From Clostridiales bacterium (GTDB lineage Bacteria > Bacillota > Clostridia > Christensenellales > UBA1242), in the NCBI GenBank assembly GCA_003522085.1, contig DPGI01000009.1:151396-215395 (forward strand): a stretch of DNA of 64,000 nucleotides. Direction: 5' to 3'. Positions 1 through 8,900 of this stretch are shown piece by piece; the first letter of the stretch is position 1, and the number at the start of each line of letters is the position of its first letter. The notes below the pieces were generated by a model. It searched no databases and had not been told where the DNA came from. It was given only the letters and a program-made list of their open reading frames with translations. The position numbers and the translations under genes are program-made.

Positions 1-110
1 GTCTAGTATAAAATTACTATATATATTTACATATTTCGCCCAGATTAAAGGCAAGTTTACTTGACTAAATTTGCAAATTAAGTAAACTAATTAAATAGGA
101 GAAACTTAAA

Positions 111-2840
111 ATGGGGCTTTTTGGAAGCGAAAATAAATCACAAGTAAAAAAATTAAAGAAGATTGCAGACAGGGTTATCGCTCTTGAAGACAAGTTTGCA
201 GCAATGAGCGATGAAGAACTTAAAAACCAAACTACTGTTTTAAAATCACGTCTTTCTGACGGTGAAACGTTGGATGATATTTTGCCGGACGCATATGCAG
301 TTGTTAGAGAAGGTGCTTGGCGTGTTCTTAACATGAAACACTTTTACGTTCAAATTTTGGGCGGGATTGCACTGCACCAAGGTAGAATTGCAGAAATGGC
401 GACAGGTGAAGGAAAGACTTTGGTTGCAACATTGCCGGCGTATTTGAATGCACTTGCTGGAAACGGCGTGCATGTTGTTACAGTCAATGAATACTTGGCA
501 AAACGTGACGCTGAATGGATGGGAAAAGTTTATAAATTTTTAGGGCTCAGTGTTGGTGTTATTGTTTCAAATATGCCTGAAAAATTAAAGAAAAAGGCAT
601 ACGATGCCGACATAACTTACTGCACAAACAACGAACTTGGATTTGACTATCTTCGTGATAATATGGCCGTTTCAAAAGAGCAGCGTATGCAACGCGGACA
701 CGCTTTTGCAATCGTGGACGAAGTCGACTCAATTTTGATTGATGAAGCAAGAACACCACTTATCATTTCTGGTCGTGGCGGAAAAAGCGGCGACGACTAT
801 ATTGCTGCTCAAAAATTTGTAAAAACATTAAAGAAAGACGTTGATGTCGAAATAGATATTAAAACAAAAGAAATCAACCTTACCGAAAGCGGAATTGCAA
901 AGGCTGAAAGATTCTTTCATATTGCAAACCTTTCTGACCTTGAAAACCTTGAACTTAACCACTATATCAACAACGCATTAAAAGCAAACTTCATTATGCT
1001 TAAAGACGACAACTATATCGTCACAAAAGACGGCGAAGTTATGATTGTCGACGAATTTACTGGACGCTTAATGCCGGGAAGAAGATTTAGCGACGGCTTG
1101 CACCAAGCAATCGAAGCAAAAGAAAATGTTGAAATCAAAGATGAAAACAAAACTCTTGCAACAATTACTTTCCAAAATTATTTTCGTCTTTACAAAAAAC
1201 TTTCGGGAATGACGGGAACAGCAAAAACCGAAGAAGCCGAATTTAGAACAATTTACAGTCTTGACGTAGTTACAATTCCACCAAACCTTCCAAACAAAAG
1301 AAAGGACGAAGCGGATATTGTTTACACAACTTACAACGGAAAAATTGCTGCGATTGTTGAAGAAATCAAACGTTGCAAAGAAGTAGGACAACCTGTGCTT
1401 GTCGGAACAATCACTATTGAAAAATCGGAAGAAATTTCAAAAGCATTAAAGAAAGAAAAAATCGCACATGTAGTCTTAAACGCGAAAAATCACGAACAAG
1501 AAAGTGCAATCGTTGCGCAAGCGGGACGCAAAGGTGCAATTACAATCGCAACAAACATGGCCGGCCGTGGAACGGATATTTTGCTTGGTGGAAATGCTGA
1601 GTTTATGGCTAAAAAGAAAATGCAAGACGAAAAATACACTGACGAACAGATTTCATATGCGACTGCATTCAACCATGTTGACGATGAAGAATTAAACAAA
1701 GCGCGCGAAAGATTTAACACACTTTATAAAGAATTTAAAGTTGAAACTGACAAAGAAAAAGAAGAAGTAGTTGCTCTCGGCGGCCTTCATATTATCGGAA
1801 CAGAAAGACATGAATCGCGTCGTATCGACAACCAGTTGCGTGGACGTGCCGCTCGTCAAGGCGACCCTGGTTCAAGCGTGTTCTTCCTTTCACTTGAAGA
1901 CGACCTTTTAAAACGATTTGGTGGCGAAAGATTGCAAAGAATCGCTTTTATGTTTAAAATTGATGAAAAAACACCAATTCAACTTAAAATTCTGACAAGA
2001 CAAATTTCAAATGCTCAAAAGAAAATCGAAATTCAAAACTTCTCGATGAGAAAGAATGTCCTTCAATTCGACGACGTCATGAACGCTCAAAGAACAATTA
2101 TTTATGACGAAAGAAATCGCGTGCTTGACGGGCTTCCTGTGCGTGACCAAATTTTAAATATGTTCCCAGACATTATTTCAAAAATTGTCTACAAAAATCT
2201 TGACGAAGAGCGCCCTTATTATGAATGGGATTTATCGTCAATCAATGCCGATCTTGAAAAGGGCTGGTTTGCACCAGGAAGCAACATTGTCAACGAAAAA
2301 TTTGTAGAAGATTGCGACATCAATGAGGTTGTTGACAAACTATTAAATTTAATCAAAGTCAGATACAACGCTCACATTAAAGAGGCGGAGGAAATCAAAG
2401 TTGATTTTGCCGATGTTGAAAGATTTGTGCTTTTAAGAGTAGTTGATATGAATTGGATGAACCATATTGACGATATGCAAATTTTGAAAAGCGAAATAAT
2501 TTCTCAAGCATTCGGAAATCAAGACCCAGTGCTTGCTTACAAACGCGAAGGTTATGAACTTTTTGAAAAGATGATCGAAAAGATTAAAGAAACAACTTGC
2601 CAATTCTTGCTTGCAAGTCATCTTGAAAAGGAAGAAGCGCCAAAGCCTCCAATGCAAAGACCAACCTTTACACCTATTGCAAGAAAAGAGCCACAACCAG
2701 CACAAGAACAGAAAAAAGAAAGTAAGCCTTTTGTTCAAAAAACAGTTGTCAACGATACTCCAAAAATCGGACGAAATGACCCATGTCCATGCGGCAGCGG
2801 TAAGAAATACAAAAACTGCTGTGGCAAAAATAACACCTAA
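111..2840 (+). CDS. secA: preprotein translocase ATPase SecA
   Basis: 909-aa ORF; Walker A MATGEGKTL, DEAD-like IVDEVDSILIDEARTPLIISG, C-terminal zinc tail CPCGSGKKYKNCCGK; AGGAG SD upstream. Confidence 0.97.
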   Translation: MGLFGSENKSQVKKLKKIADRVIALEDKFAAMSDEELKNQTTVLKSRLSDGETLDDILPDAYAVVREGAWRVLNMKHFYVQILGGIALHQGRIAEMATGEGKTLVATLPAYLNALAGNGVHVVTVNEYLAKRDAEWMGKVYKFLGLSVGVIVSNMPEKLKKKAYDADITYCTNNELGFDYLRDNMAVSKEQRMQRGHAFAIVDEVDSILIDEARTPLIISGRGGKSGDDYIAAQKFVKTLKKDVDVEIDIKTKEINLTESGIAKAERFFHIANLSDLENLELNHYINNALKANFIMLKDDNYIVTKDGEVMIVDEFTGRLMPGRRFSDGLHQAIEAKENVEIKDENKTLATITFQNYFRLYKKLSGMTGTAKTEEAEFRTIYSLDVVTIPPNLPNKRKDEADIVYTTYNGKIAAIVEEIKRCKEVGQPVLVGTITIEKSEEISKALKKEKIAHVVLNAKNHEQESAIVAQAGRKGAITIATNMAGRGTDILLGGNAEFMAKKKMQDEKYTDEQISYATAFNHVDDEELNKARERFNTLYKEFKVETDKEKEEVVALGGLHIIGTERHESRRIDNQLRGRAARQGDPGSSVFFLSLEDDLLKRFGGERLQRIAFMFKIDEKTPIQLKILTRQISNAQKKIEIQNFSMRKNVLQFDDVMNAQRTIIYDERNRVLDGLPVRDQILNMFPDIISKIVYKNLDEERPYYEWDLSSINADLEKGWFAPGSNIVNEKFVEDCDINEVVDKLLNLIKVRYNAHIKEAEEIKVDFADVERFVLLRVVDMNWMNHIDDMQILKSEIISQAFGNQDPVLAYKREGYELFEKMIEKIKETTCQFLLASHLEKEEAPKPPMQRPTFTPIARKEPQPAQEQKKESKPFVQKTVVNDTPKIGRNDPCPCGSGKKYKNCCGKNNT

Positions 2841-2897
2841 AATTGGTCTTTTCTTGAAAAGGCAAATCGAGAAATTTTAAAATAATTAAATAAAAAT

Positions 2898-2928
2898 AAG
2901 GCGAATTTATTTAAAATTTGCCTTTTTT
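2898..2928 (+). terminator. rho-independent terminator after secA
   Basis: stem aaggcgaattt/aaatttgcctt followed by T-run. Confidence 0.7.
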
Positions 2929-3049
2929 ATGCCTTTTTTGTTTATTTTTTGTTTATTTTGTTATTTTTTATTAAATTTTTCTTTCTTTTTTTGTTTGAGT
3001 TTGTGTTTGGTTTATAAAAAATATTAAGACAAAAAGATTAAAAAATGAC

Positions 3050-3078
3050 TTGCTATCTTTATTTATTTATGTTATACT
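3050..3078 (+). promoter_or_regulatory. sigma-A-type promoter of the rpsF-ssb-rpsR cluster
   Basis: TTGCTA(3050-3055), 17-nt spacer, TATACT(3073-3078) with TG just upstream; about 75-nt leader containing hairpin gcttaaag/ctttaagc before an AGGAGG SD. Confidence 0.55.
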
Positions 3079-3153
3079 ATGCCAGTCGATAAAAAACTCT
3101 TTGCTTAAAGCGTGTGACTTTAAGCCAAATTTGTCCAAAAGGAGGAAATCAAT

Positions 3154-3435
3154 ATGCCAAGATATGAACTTCTTTATATAATTGCTCCAGACGTTGCTGA
3201 AGACAAAAGAGAAGAAATCATTGAAAAATTCCGTGCTTATGTTGAAGCAAAAGGTGGAAAGATTGAAGGCGTTGAAAAGTGGGGAATGAAAAAACTTGCT
3301 TATCAAATCAACTTCAAATCTGAAGGCTTTTATGTTCTCATGAAAATGGAATTACCTGCCGGCGAAGTTGATGCTATGAGCAAACTCATGAACATCACTG
3401 AAGGCATCATGCGTCATCAATTTGTTAGAATTTAA
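3154..3435 (+). CDS. rpsF: 30S ribosomal protein S6
   Basis: 93 aa, MPRYELLYIIAPDV... typical S6 N-terminus; AGGAGG SD; conserved rpsF-ssb-rpsR order. Confidence 0.94.
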   Translation: MPRYELLYIIAPDVAEDKREEIIEKFRAYVEAKGGKIEGVEKWGMKKLAYQINFKSEGFYVLMKMELPAGEVDAMSKLMNITEGIMRHQFVRI

Positions 3436-3460
3436 TTTTTTATAACATTAGGAGAAAAAC

Positions 3461-3877
3461 ATGAATAAAGTTATTTTAATCGGAAATCTTTCAAGGGATC
3501 CAGAACTTACAACCACAAACGGTGGAGTTTCTGTTTGCAGATTTACAATCGCTGTTCAAAGAAGATTTCAAAATGCCGAAGGCGAAAGAGATGCCGACTT
3601 CATCAATATTGTTGTTTGGCGTGCTCAGGCTGAAAATTGCCATAAATATTTAAGAAAAGGTTCAAAATGTGCCGTTGACGGAAGACTTCAAACATCTTCT
3701 TATGAAGCACAAGACGGAACTAGAAGATATGTAACAGAAGTTGTTGCAGATAACGTTGAATTTGTTGGGGCGAGAAGAGATGATGAAGACTCAGCCACAG
3801 TAACTAGAAGTGAAAAAACATCTTCAAAACCAGTTGCTGAACTTGAGCCGATTGATGATGACTCGCTTCCATTCTAA
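3461..3877 (+). CDS. ssb: single-stranded DNA-binding protein
   Basis: 138 aa, MNKVILIGNLSRDPEL OB-fold N-terminus and acidic C-terminal tip DDDSLPF. Confidence 0.94.
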   Translation: MNKVILIGNLSRDPELTTTNGGVSVCRFTIAVQRRFQNAEGERDADFINIVVWRAQAENCHKYLRKGSKCAVDGRLQTSSYEAQDGTRRYVTEVVADNVEFVGARRDDEDSATVTRSEKTSSKPVAELEPIDDDSLPF

Positions 3878-3889
3878 AAGGAGAATAAT

Positions 3890-4147
3890 ATGAGCGAAGT
3901 TAAAACTGAAGAAAGACCAGTTAAAAAATTCCGCAAACCATCAAAGAAGAAAGTTTGTGCTTTCTGCGTTGCTGGTGAAAAGGAAATTGATTACAAAGAC
4001 GTTGCTAAACTTAAAAAATTTATTACCGAAAAAGGAAAGATTTTGCCTAGAAGACAAACAGGTGTTTGCTCTCATCACCAAAGAAAACTTGCACTGGCAA
4101 TCAAACGTGCAAGAAATATGGCACTTCTTCCATTTGTTGGGGACTAA
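3890..4147 (+). CDS. rpsR: 30S ribosomal protein S18
   Basis: 85 aa, CAFC...IDYKD...[42 protein letters not shown]. Confidence 0.94.
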   Translation: MSEVKTEERPVKKFRKPSKKKVCAFCVAGEKEIDYKDVAKLKKFITEKGKILPRRQTGVCSHHQRKLALAIKRARNMALLPFVGD

Positions 4148-4156
4148 GGAGGAATC

Positions 4157-4363
4157 ATGAAAGAAAACATTCATCCAAATTATCATGAAGTTACTGTTGT
4201 TTGCGCATGTGGAAACACTTTCAAAACACGTTCAACAGTTAAAGGAGAGTCGCTTAGCGTCGACATTTGCAATCAATGCCATCCATTCTTCACAGGAAAG
4301 AAGAAAATTGTGGACGCAAGCGGAACAGTTGAAAAATTCAAGAAAAAATATAATATTGACTAA
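4157..4363 (+). CDS. rpmE: 50S ribosomal protein L31 (Zn-ribbon type)
   Basis: 68 aa, [16 protein letters not shown]...[11 protein letters not shown]. Confidence 0.94.
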   Translation: MKENIHPNYHEVTVVCACGNTFKTRSTVKGESLSVDICNQCHPFFTGKKKIVDASGTVEKFKKKYNID

Positions 4364-4366
4364 TTT

Positions 4367-4391
4367 AAAAACTCCAAGTTGGAGTTTTTTT
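4367..4391 (+). terminator. rho-independent terminator after rpmE
   Basis: aactccaagttggagtt hairpin followed by T7. Confidence 0.8.
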
Positions 4392-4392
4392 A

Positions 4393-4420
4393 TTGACAAA
4401 AATTATATGTGTGTTAAAAT
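4393..4420 (+). promoter_or_regulatory. promoter abutting the ATG at 4427 (leaderless candidate)
   Basis: TTGACA(4393-4398), 16 nt, TAAAAT(4415-4420), then 6 nt to the ATG; no SD. Confidence 0.55.
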
Positions 4421-4426
4421 TAAAGT

Positions 4427-5074
4427 ATGGAAAGAAAAAAGAAACAAAAATCTTTCATGAGCGCGCAGACTCGTGAAAAAATAAGTAAAGCAATTTTAAA
4501 GAAACAGCATGCAAGTTATGCTGTTTATCAACCACCAAGAAGTTTTGATGAAGTAATCGAACATCTGCAAGAATATATTGAGCAGTTCGGAAATGCTGAT
4601 GTTCCAACTCGATATGTTTGCGGTGATGGATTTAAATTGGGGCAATCAATTTATGCCTATAAAGGCAAAATGCGTGAACTTGAAGAAGGCGTATCAAAAC
4701 GCATAAAACCCGAAAAATACGAATTGCTTAAAAGCATGGGCGTTTCAACAGCTCGCAATGATCCGTATGGCCCCGCAATTGAAAAATGGCAAGAATTTTA
4801 TGAAGAAAACGGACATTTTTATGTCCCAAAAAATTATTTCTGTCCTGGGGTGGACCTTTACAACAAAGTCAAACGAATCATGAAGATGCGTTGCGAAGGA
4901 AGATTATCGAGCGATTATTCAAAAACTCTTGACGAAATGGGGGTTCCTAAAACTTGGAGTGAAGTTAGGCTCCAATATGAAGAGCTGTTAAAAAAACAAC
5001 AAGCAGACAAGCGATTTAAAGAAAGGGTTGCAGCAATTTTAAATAAACATAAAGACGATGTTTATTTAAATTAA
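4427..5074 (+). CDS. helicase-associated (HA) repeat protein, function unknown
   Basis: 215 aa; two repeats of the pattern W/F..y.e..G...VP..Y......LG/LY..v...R (FGNADVPTRYVCGDGFKLGQSIY; NGHFYVPKNYFCPGVDLYNKVKRI). Confidence 0.6.
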   Translation: MERKKKQKSFMSAQTREKISKAILKKQHASYAVYQPPRSFDEVIEHLQEYIEQFGNADVPTRYVCGDGFKLGQSIYAYKGKMRELEEGVSKRIKPEKYELLKSMGVSTARNDPYGPAIEKWQEFYEENGHFYVPKNYFCPGVDLYNKVKRIMKMRCEGRLSSDYSKTLDEMGVPKTWSEVRLQYEELLKKQQADKRFKERVAAILNKHKDDVYLN

Positions 5075-5077
5075 CTT

Positions 5078-6826
5078 ATGAGATTAAAATTTTCATATTT
5101 TGTTAAAAATCAAAGTATGAAAATTTTTTTATTTCCATGTTCGATTGGAGTTCGCGCGCAAAATGGCAATCGTGCTGCGCTTGCTGTCATTGACGAAAGG
5201 GGATTAAAACGAATTCGCGCAGGTAGAACTAAAATAAAAGTGTTAGCACAAAAAATTCCAATAATTAGAGGAATTTGTTACTTTTTTGCTGCAATTTTTG
5301 CTCTTTTTTGCGCATTTTGGGATTCTTGTAAACTTTCAGAGAAGCCGCTTAATAGCGTGAGTAATAAAATTTCAAATAAATTAAATATAAAACGTGAAAG
5401 TGTTGTAATCACTTTACTACTGAGTGTGAGTGTTGGGATTTCGCTGTTTTTACTTGGTTATGTTCCGTCAAAAATGTATTCAGTTTTTATTGAAATGAAC
5501 ACGGATTTTGGTTTAAGAAATTTTTTAATTGCGCTTATAAAAATTGCTATTATATTTTTGATTTTGATGATTTTAAGATTTTTGCCCATGACGCAAGACC
5601 TTTACAAATTTAACGGCGCGTGCAATCAAGTGCAAAGAAGAGGCGGAAGTAGTATCTCTAAAACAAAATTCGACCACCATGGAACGTTTAATGTGCTGAA
5701 TATAATAATATTTACTTTTATTTTAAGCGTTTTTGTGATAACATGTGTTGGAGCAAGAATCGCATGGCATTGGGATATGCTGATAAATGTTGGATTGTTT
5801 TTTACCTGCATGGCAGTAGCCTATGAAATTTGTTACTATTTTGACAAATGGAAAGTAACGCGTGCAATAGGAATTATAACAGATTGTTTTGTTTCGGCAA
5901 AGCCTAACATTACGCATGATGAAGTCGCGCGCATTGCATGGACGGAAGTCAAAATGTTTTCAAAAGAGGACGATGTGAAAGATAAAGAAAACTCGCTTTC
6001 AAGTTTGCTTGTTGAAATGCAAACCATTTTGGAAAGAGCGGGGAAATACGAAAAAAGCGATGTTGAATGGATTATTGCCACAGTTTTAGGGGTGTCAAGG
6101 CCAGAAGCCAAACTCGTAAAAGTTTTTTCGCCAAAACAATATCGCGACATTATCAAAGCAACATATGCACGCGCGGCGGGCAAACCGCTTTCGTCTATTT
6201 TTGGGTTTGTTGAATTTTACGGGTTACGATTTGATGTCAGCAAAAAGGTGCTTTCACCACGAATGGAAACCGAAATTTTGGTTGAACAAGTAGCAAAGGC
6301 GGCTCAAAATGACAAAATAAGCATACTTGACATCGGCACGGGCAGTGGAGCGATTGCGGTCACTCTTGCAAAAATCACAAACGCTTCGGTTACAGCGGTG
6401 GATGTTTCTAAGCAAGCCCTTGTGGTAGCCAAGAGTAATGCAGAAAAAAATGAAGTCAAAGTAGAATTTTTACAATCCGATTTATTTAGTCGATTGAAAA
6501 AATCTCGAAAGTTTGATATAATAGTGTCAAATCCACCATATATTCGTTCACTGGATATAGCAGGACTTGACGAAGAAGTTAAAAATTACGATCCAAAACT
6601 CAGCCTAGATGGGGGCGAAGATGGGCTTGATTTTTACAGAAGAATTTGCCAAGAAGCGCCTTTGCATTTAAAAAACGGCGGGCAAATTTTCTTCGAAATT
6701 GGGAAAGGACAATTTAAAGATGTGTCAAACATCTTACAACAAAATGGTTTCAGTGAGATAGCAAGTAAAAAGGATTATTCAAATATAATTAGAGTAGTAA
6801 GGGCAAAATATGACAAACGCAAATGA
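5078..6826 (+). CDS. prmC: DUF1385-like membrane domain fused to release-factor glutamine methyltransferase PrmC/HemK
   Basis: 582-aa uninterrupted ORF. The first ~300 aa are multi-TM and DUF1385-like. The last ~280 aa carry the SAM motif ILDIGTGSGAIA and the catalytic NPPY (VSNPPYI). An alternative start is the ATG at 5117. Confidence 0.8.
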   Translation: MRLKFSYFVKNQSMKIFLFPCSIGVRAQNGNRAALAVIDERGLKRIRAGRTKIKVLAQKIPIIRGICYFFAAIFALFCAFWDSCKLSEKPLNSVSNKISNKLNIKRESVVITLLLSVSVGISLFLLGYVPSKMYSVFIEMNTDFGLRNFLIALIKIAIIFLILMILRFLPMTQDLYKFNGACNQVQRRGGSSISKTKFDHHGTFNVLNIIIFTFILSVFVITCVGARIAWHWDMLINVGLFFTCMAVAYEICYYFDKWKVTRAIGIITDCFVSAKPNITHDEVARIAWTEVKMFSKEDDVKDKENSLSSLLVEMQTILERAGKYEKSDVEWIIATVLGVSRPEAKLVKVFSPKQYRDIIKATYARAAGKPLSSIFGFVEFYGLRFDVSKKVLSPRMETEILVEQVAKAAQNDKISILDIGTGSGAIAVTLAKITNASVTAVDVSKQALVVAKSNAEKNEVKVEFLQSDLFSRLKKSRKFDIIVSNPPYIRSLDIAGLDEEVKNYDPKLSLDGGEDGLDFYRRICQEAPLHLKNGGQIFFEIGKGQFKDVSNILQQNGFSEIASKKDYSNIIRVVRAKYDKRK

Positions 6827-7898
6827 TATTTTACAAAAAACATTAAAAATTAGACAGAGAAGCGACGAACTTTCTGAGCAAATAGCTTCTCCTTCTGTCA
6901 TTGCAGACAACAAAACTTGGAGAGCGCTTGCAAAAGAGCACGCCTCGCTGCAAGAAATTGTTGAGGCTTCGCAAAAGCTTGAAAAAGCGATTGAAGATCG
7001 CAACAACTGTGAGCATGACCGCGACAACGAGCATGATCACGAACTTAAAGCAATGTTTGAAGAAGAATGCGAAAATTTAAATAAAAAAATTGAACAGTTA
7101 TGTGAAGAAATCAAATTTTTGCTTTTGCCGAAAGATGAAAATGATGACGGCAATATTATTATGGAAATTCGTTCTGCTGCAGGCGGGGAAGAATCGGCTT
7201 TGTTTGCGACTGAACTTATGAGAATGTATAGTTATTATGCAGAAAAACATCATTGGAAAATCGAAATTTCTGATATAAACGAAACCGAACTAGGCGGAAT
7301 TAAAGAAGTTACTTTCACGGTTAAAGGAAAGGGTGCTTACGCTAGACTTAAATACGAAGCGGGAGTGCACAGAGTGCAACGCGTGCCAGAAACAGAATCG
7401 CAAGGAAGAATCCATACGTCTACTGCGACGGTTGCTGTTTTGCCTGAAGTTGAAGATGTTGATTTTGAAATTCTTGACAGCGACCTTAAAATCGATACAT
7501 ATCGTGCCAGCGGCGCTGGTGGACAGCACATTAACAAAACAGAATCGGCAATCAGAATTACACACATTCCAACGGGAATCGTTGTTGCGTGCCAGACACA
7601 AAGATCACAAATTCAAAACCGTGAAGTTGCGATGAATATGCTTAAATCAAAGCTTTATGAACTTTATGAGTCGCAACGACAAAAAGAACAAAAAGACAAG
7701 CGCCATTCACAAGTGGGAACGGGGGACCGTAGTGAAAGAGTTAGAACTTACAACTATCCTCAAGGTCGAGTTACTGACCACAGAGTAAATGTTTCGTCTT
7801 TTGATTTGGAAGGCGTTTTGAATGGAGATATTGACATATTCATCGATGCATTGATTTTAAAAGATAGAACCGAACAACTTGAGAGCGGGGAAGAATAA
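6810..7898 (+). CDS. prfA: peptide chain release factor 1
   Basis: 362 aa; GGQ motif (SGAGGQHINKTESAIRITH) and RF1 PxT-type region (RVQRVPETESQGRIHTSTATV); overlaps prmC by 17 nt. Confidence 0.96.
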   Translation: MTNANDILQKTLKIRQRSDELSEQIASPSVIADNKTWRALAKEHASLQEIVEASQKLEKAIEDRNNCEHDRDNEHDHELKAMFEEECENLNKKIEQLCEEIKFLLLPKDENDDGNIIMEIRSAAGGEESALFATELMRMYSYYAEKHHWKIEISDINETELGGIKEVTFTVKGKGAYARLKYEAGVHRVQRVPETESQGRIHTSTATVAVLPEVEDVDFEILDSDLKIDTYRASGAGGQHINKTESAIRITHIPTGIVVACQTQRSQIQNREVAMNMLKSKLYELYESQRQKEQKDKRHSQVGTGDRSERVRTYNYPQGRVTDHRVNVSSFDLEGVLNGDIDIFIDALILKDRTEQLESGEE

Positions 7899-7959
7899 GC
7901 GGGCTTTGCCAGCGCTTTGGTGCGCTAACAGGCTTTCGACAGCGAAAGCCTGCGAAAAC

Positions 7960-7998
7960 AAAAAAATACGAGCAAAATCAATTTTGCTCGTTTTTTTG
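7960..7998. terminator. bidirectional terminator between prfA and rplI
   Basis: acgagcaaaatcaattttgctcgt hairpin flanked by an A-run and a T-run. Confidence 0.75.
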
Positions 7999-8027
7999 TT
8001 TTGCAAAGCCCGCGTTGTCCTTTGAAC

Positions 8028-8471
8028 TTAGTTTGTTGAGTCTACGACAACTTTTACCACTGATGTAACTTTTGGATGAAGTTTGATTGAAACTGAATAA
8101 ATTCCGGCATTTTTAATTGAAGGGCATTCAATTTTTTTCTTGTCGATATTAAAGCCAAGACTAACAAGTTTTTCAGCAATTTCTTTGCTTGTTATCGCCC
8201 CAAAACTTTTTCCGTTTTCGCCACATTTAATTGAAAGGTTGATTTGTAGATTTTTGAGTTTTTCTGCTTCGTTTTGAGCAGCCTTTAATGCTTCGGCTTT
8301 ATGAAAAGCGTCGGCAGATGATTGTTGTGCATGGTTTGAAAGTGCCGTGTTGTCTGCCACGACAGCAAGTTTGTTTTTCAATAAATAATTTTGTCCATAT
8401 CCGGCAGCAACTTCTTTCACTTCGCCTTTTTTGCCGCAGCCACGAACGTCACTTAAAAGAATAACTTTCAT
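8028..8471 (-). CDS. rplI: 50S ribosomal protein L9
   Basis: 147 aa, [36 protein letters not shown]; AAGGAGAG SD. Confidence 0.94.
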   Translation of the reverse strand: MKVILLSDVRGCGKKGEVKEVAAGYGQNYLLKNKLAVVADNTALSNHAQQSSADAFHKAEALKAAQNEAEKLKNLQINLSIKCGENGKSFGAITSKEIAEKLVSLGFNIDKKKIECPSIKNAGIYSVSIKLHPKVTSVVKVVVDSTN

Positions 8472-8552
8472 TTTTCTCTCCTTATAAAAATATTACTTTA
8501 TATTTGGTTAAAAGTCAATTAAAATGGGAAAACTTATGCCAGGAGAAAAAGC

Positions 8553-8864
8553 ATGGACATTAGGTGTAGAAAATTGAAATGCAAATACAACGATCATTTT
8601 ACGTGCAAAGCAAAAAGTTTGGACGTTTCTAAAAACGCGATTTGCAATATTTATGAGCCAGACGAAAACAAGCCTCAGCCTGACACAACGGCAAGATTGT
8701 TTGAGCGAACTCCAAAATTCAGTCCACAACGGGATTCGAAAGCGGTTGACATATGTTGCGGCGCGGATTGTTTGCTTAAACATGAAGGGAAATGCATCGC
8801 CAATGGCATAACAATAAATGATTATCGAGCCAAGCCTTATTGCCTGACATTTTTGAAAAAGTAA
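8553..8864 (+). CDS. small Cys-rich protein, DUF1540-like (two C-x-x-C...C repeats)
   Basis: 103 aa; repeats IRCRKLKCKYNDHFTCKAKSLDV and ICCGADCLLKHEGKCIANGITI; SD AGGAGA. Confidence 0.55.
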   Translation: MDIRCRKLKCKYNDHFTCKAKSLDVSKNAICNIYEPDENKPQPDTTARLFERTPKFSPQRDSKAVDICCGADCLLKHEGKCIANGITINDYRAKPYCLTFLKK

Positions 8865-8865
8865 C

Positions 8866-8894
8866 TTGCAAAAAAAATGTAACTATTGTATAAT
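8866..8894 (+). promoter_or_regulatory. promoter abutting the ATG at 8901 (leaderless candidate)
   Basis: TTGCAA(8866-8871), 17 nt, TATAAT(8889-8894), then 6 nt to the ATG. Confidence 0.6.
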
Positions 8895-8900
8895 ATTTAT

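Noticed and set aside
65-2738. Several 60-107-aa ORFs antisense to or out of frame within secA (65-334, 246-473, 559-759, 1068-1391, 1490-1720, 2433-2738)
   Set aside because: They lie entirely inside a strongly supported conserved gene. They have no SD and their composition is odd (Cys/Phe/Asn-rich), as expected for shadow ORFs in AT-rich DNA. The same applies to the many short ORFs inside the 2,898-aa gene, glmS, argS, the ABC genes and others.
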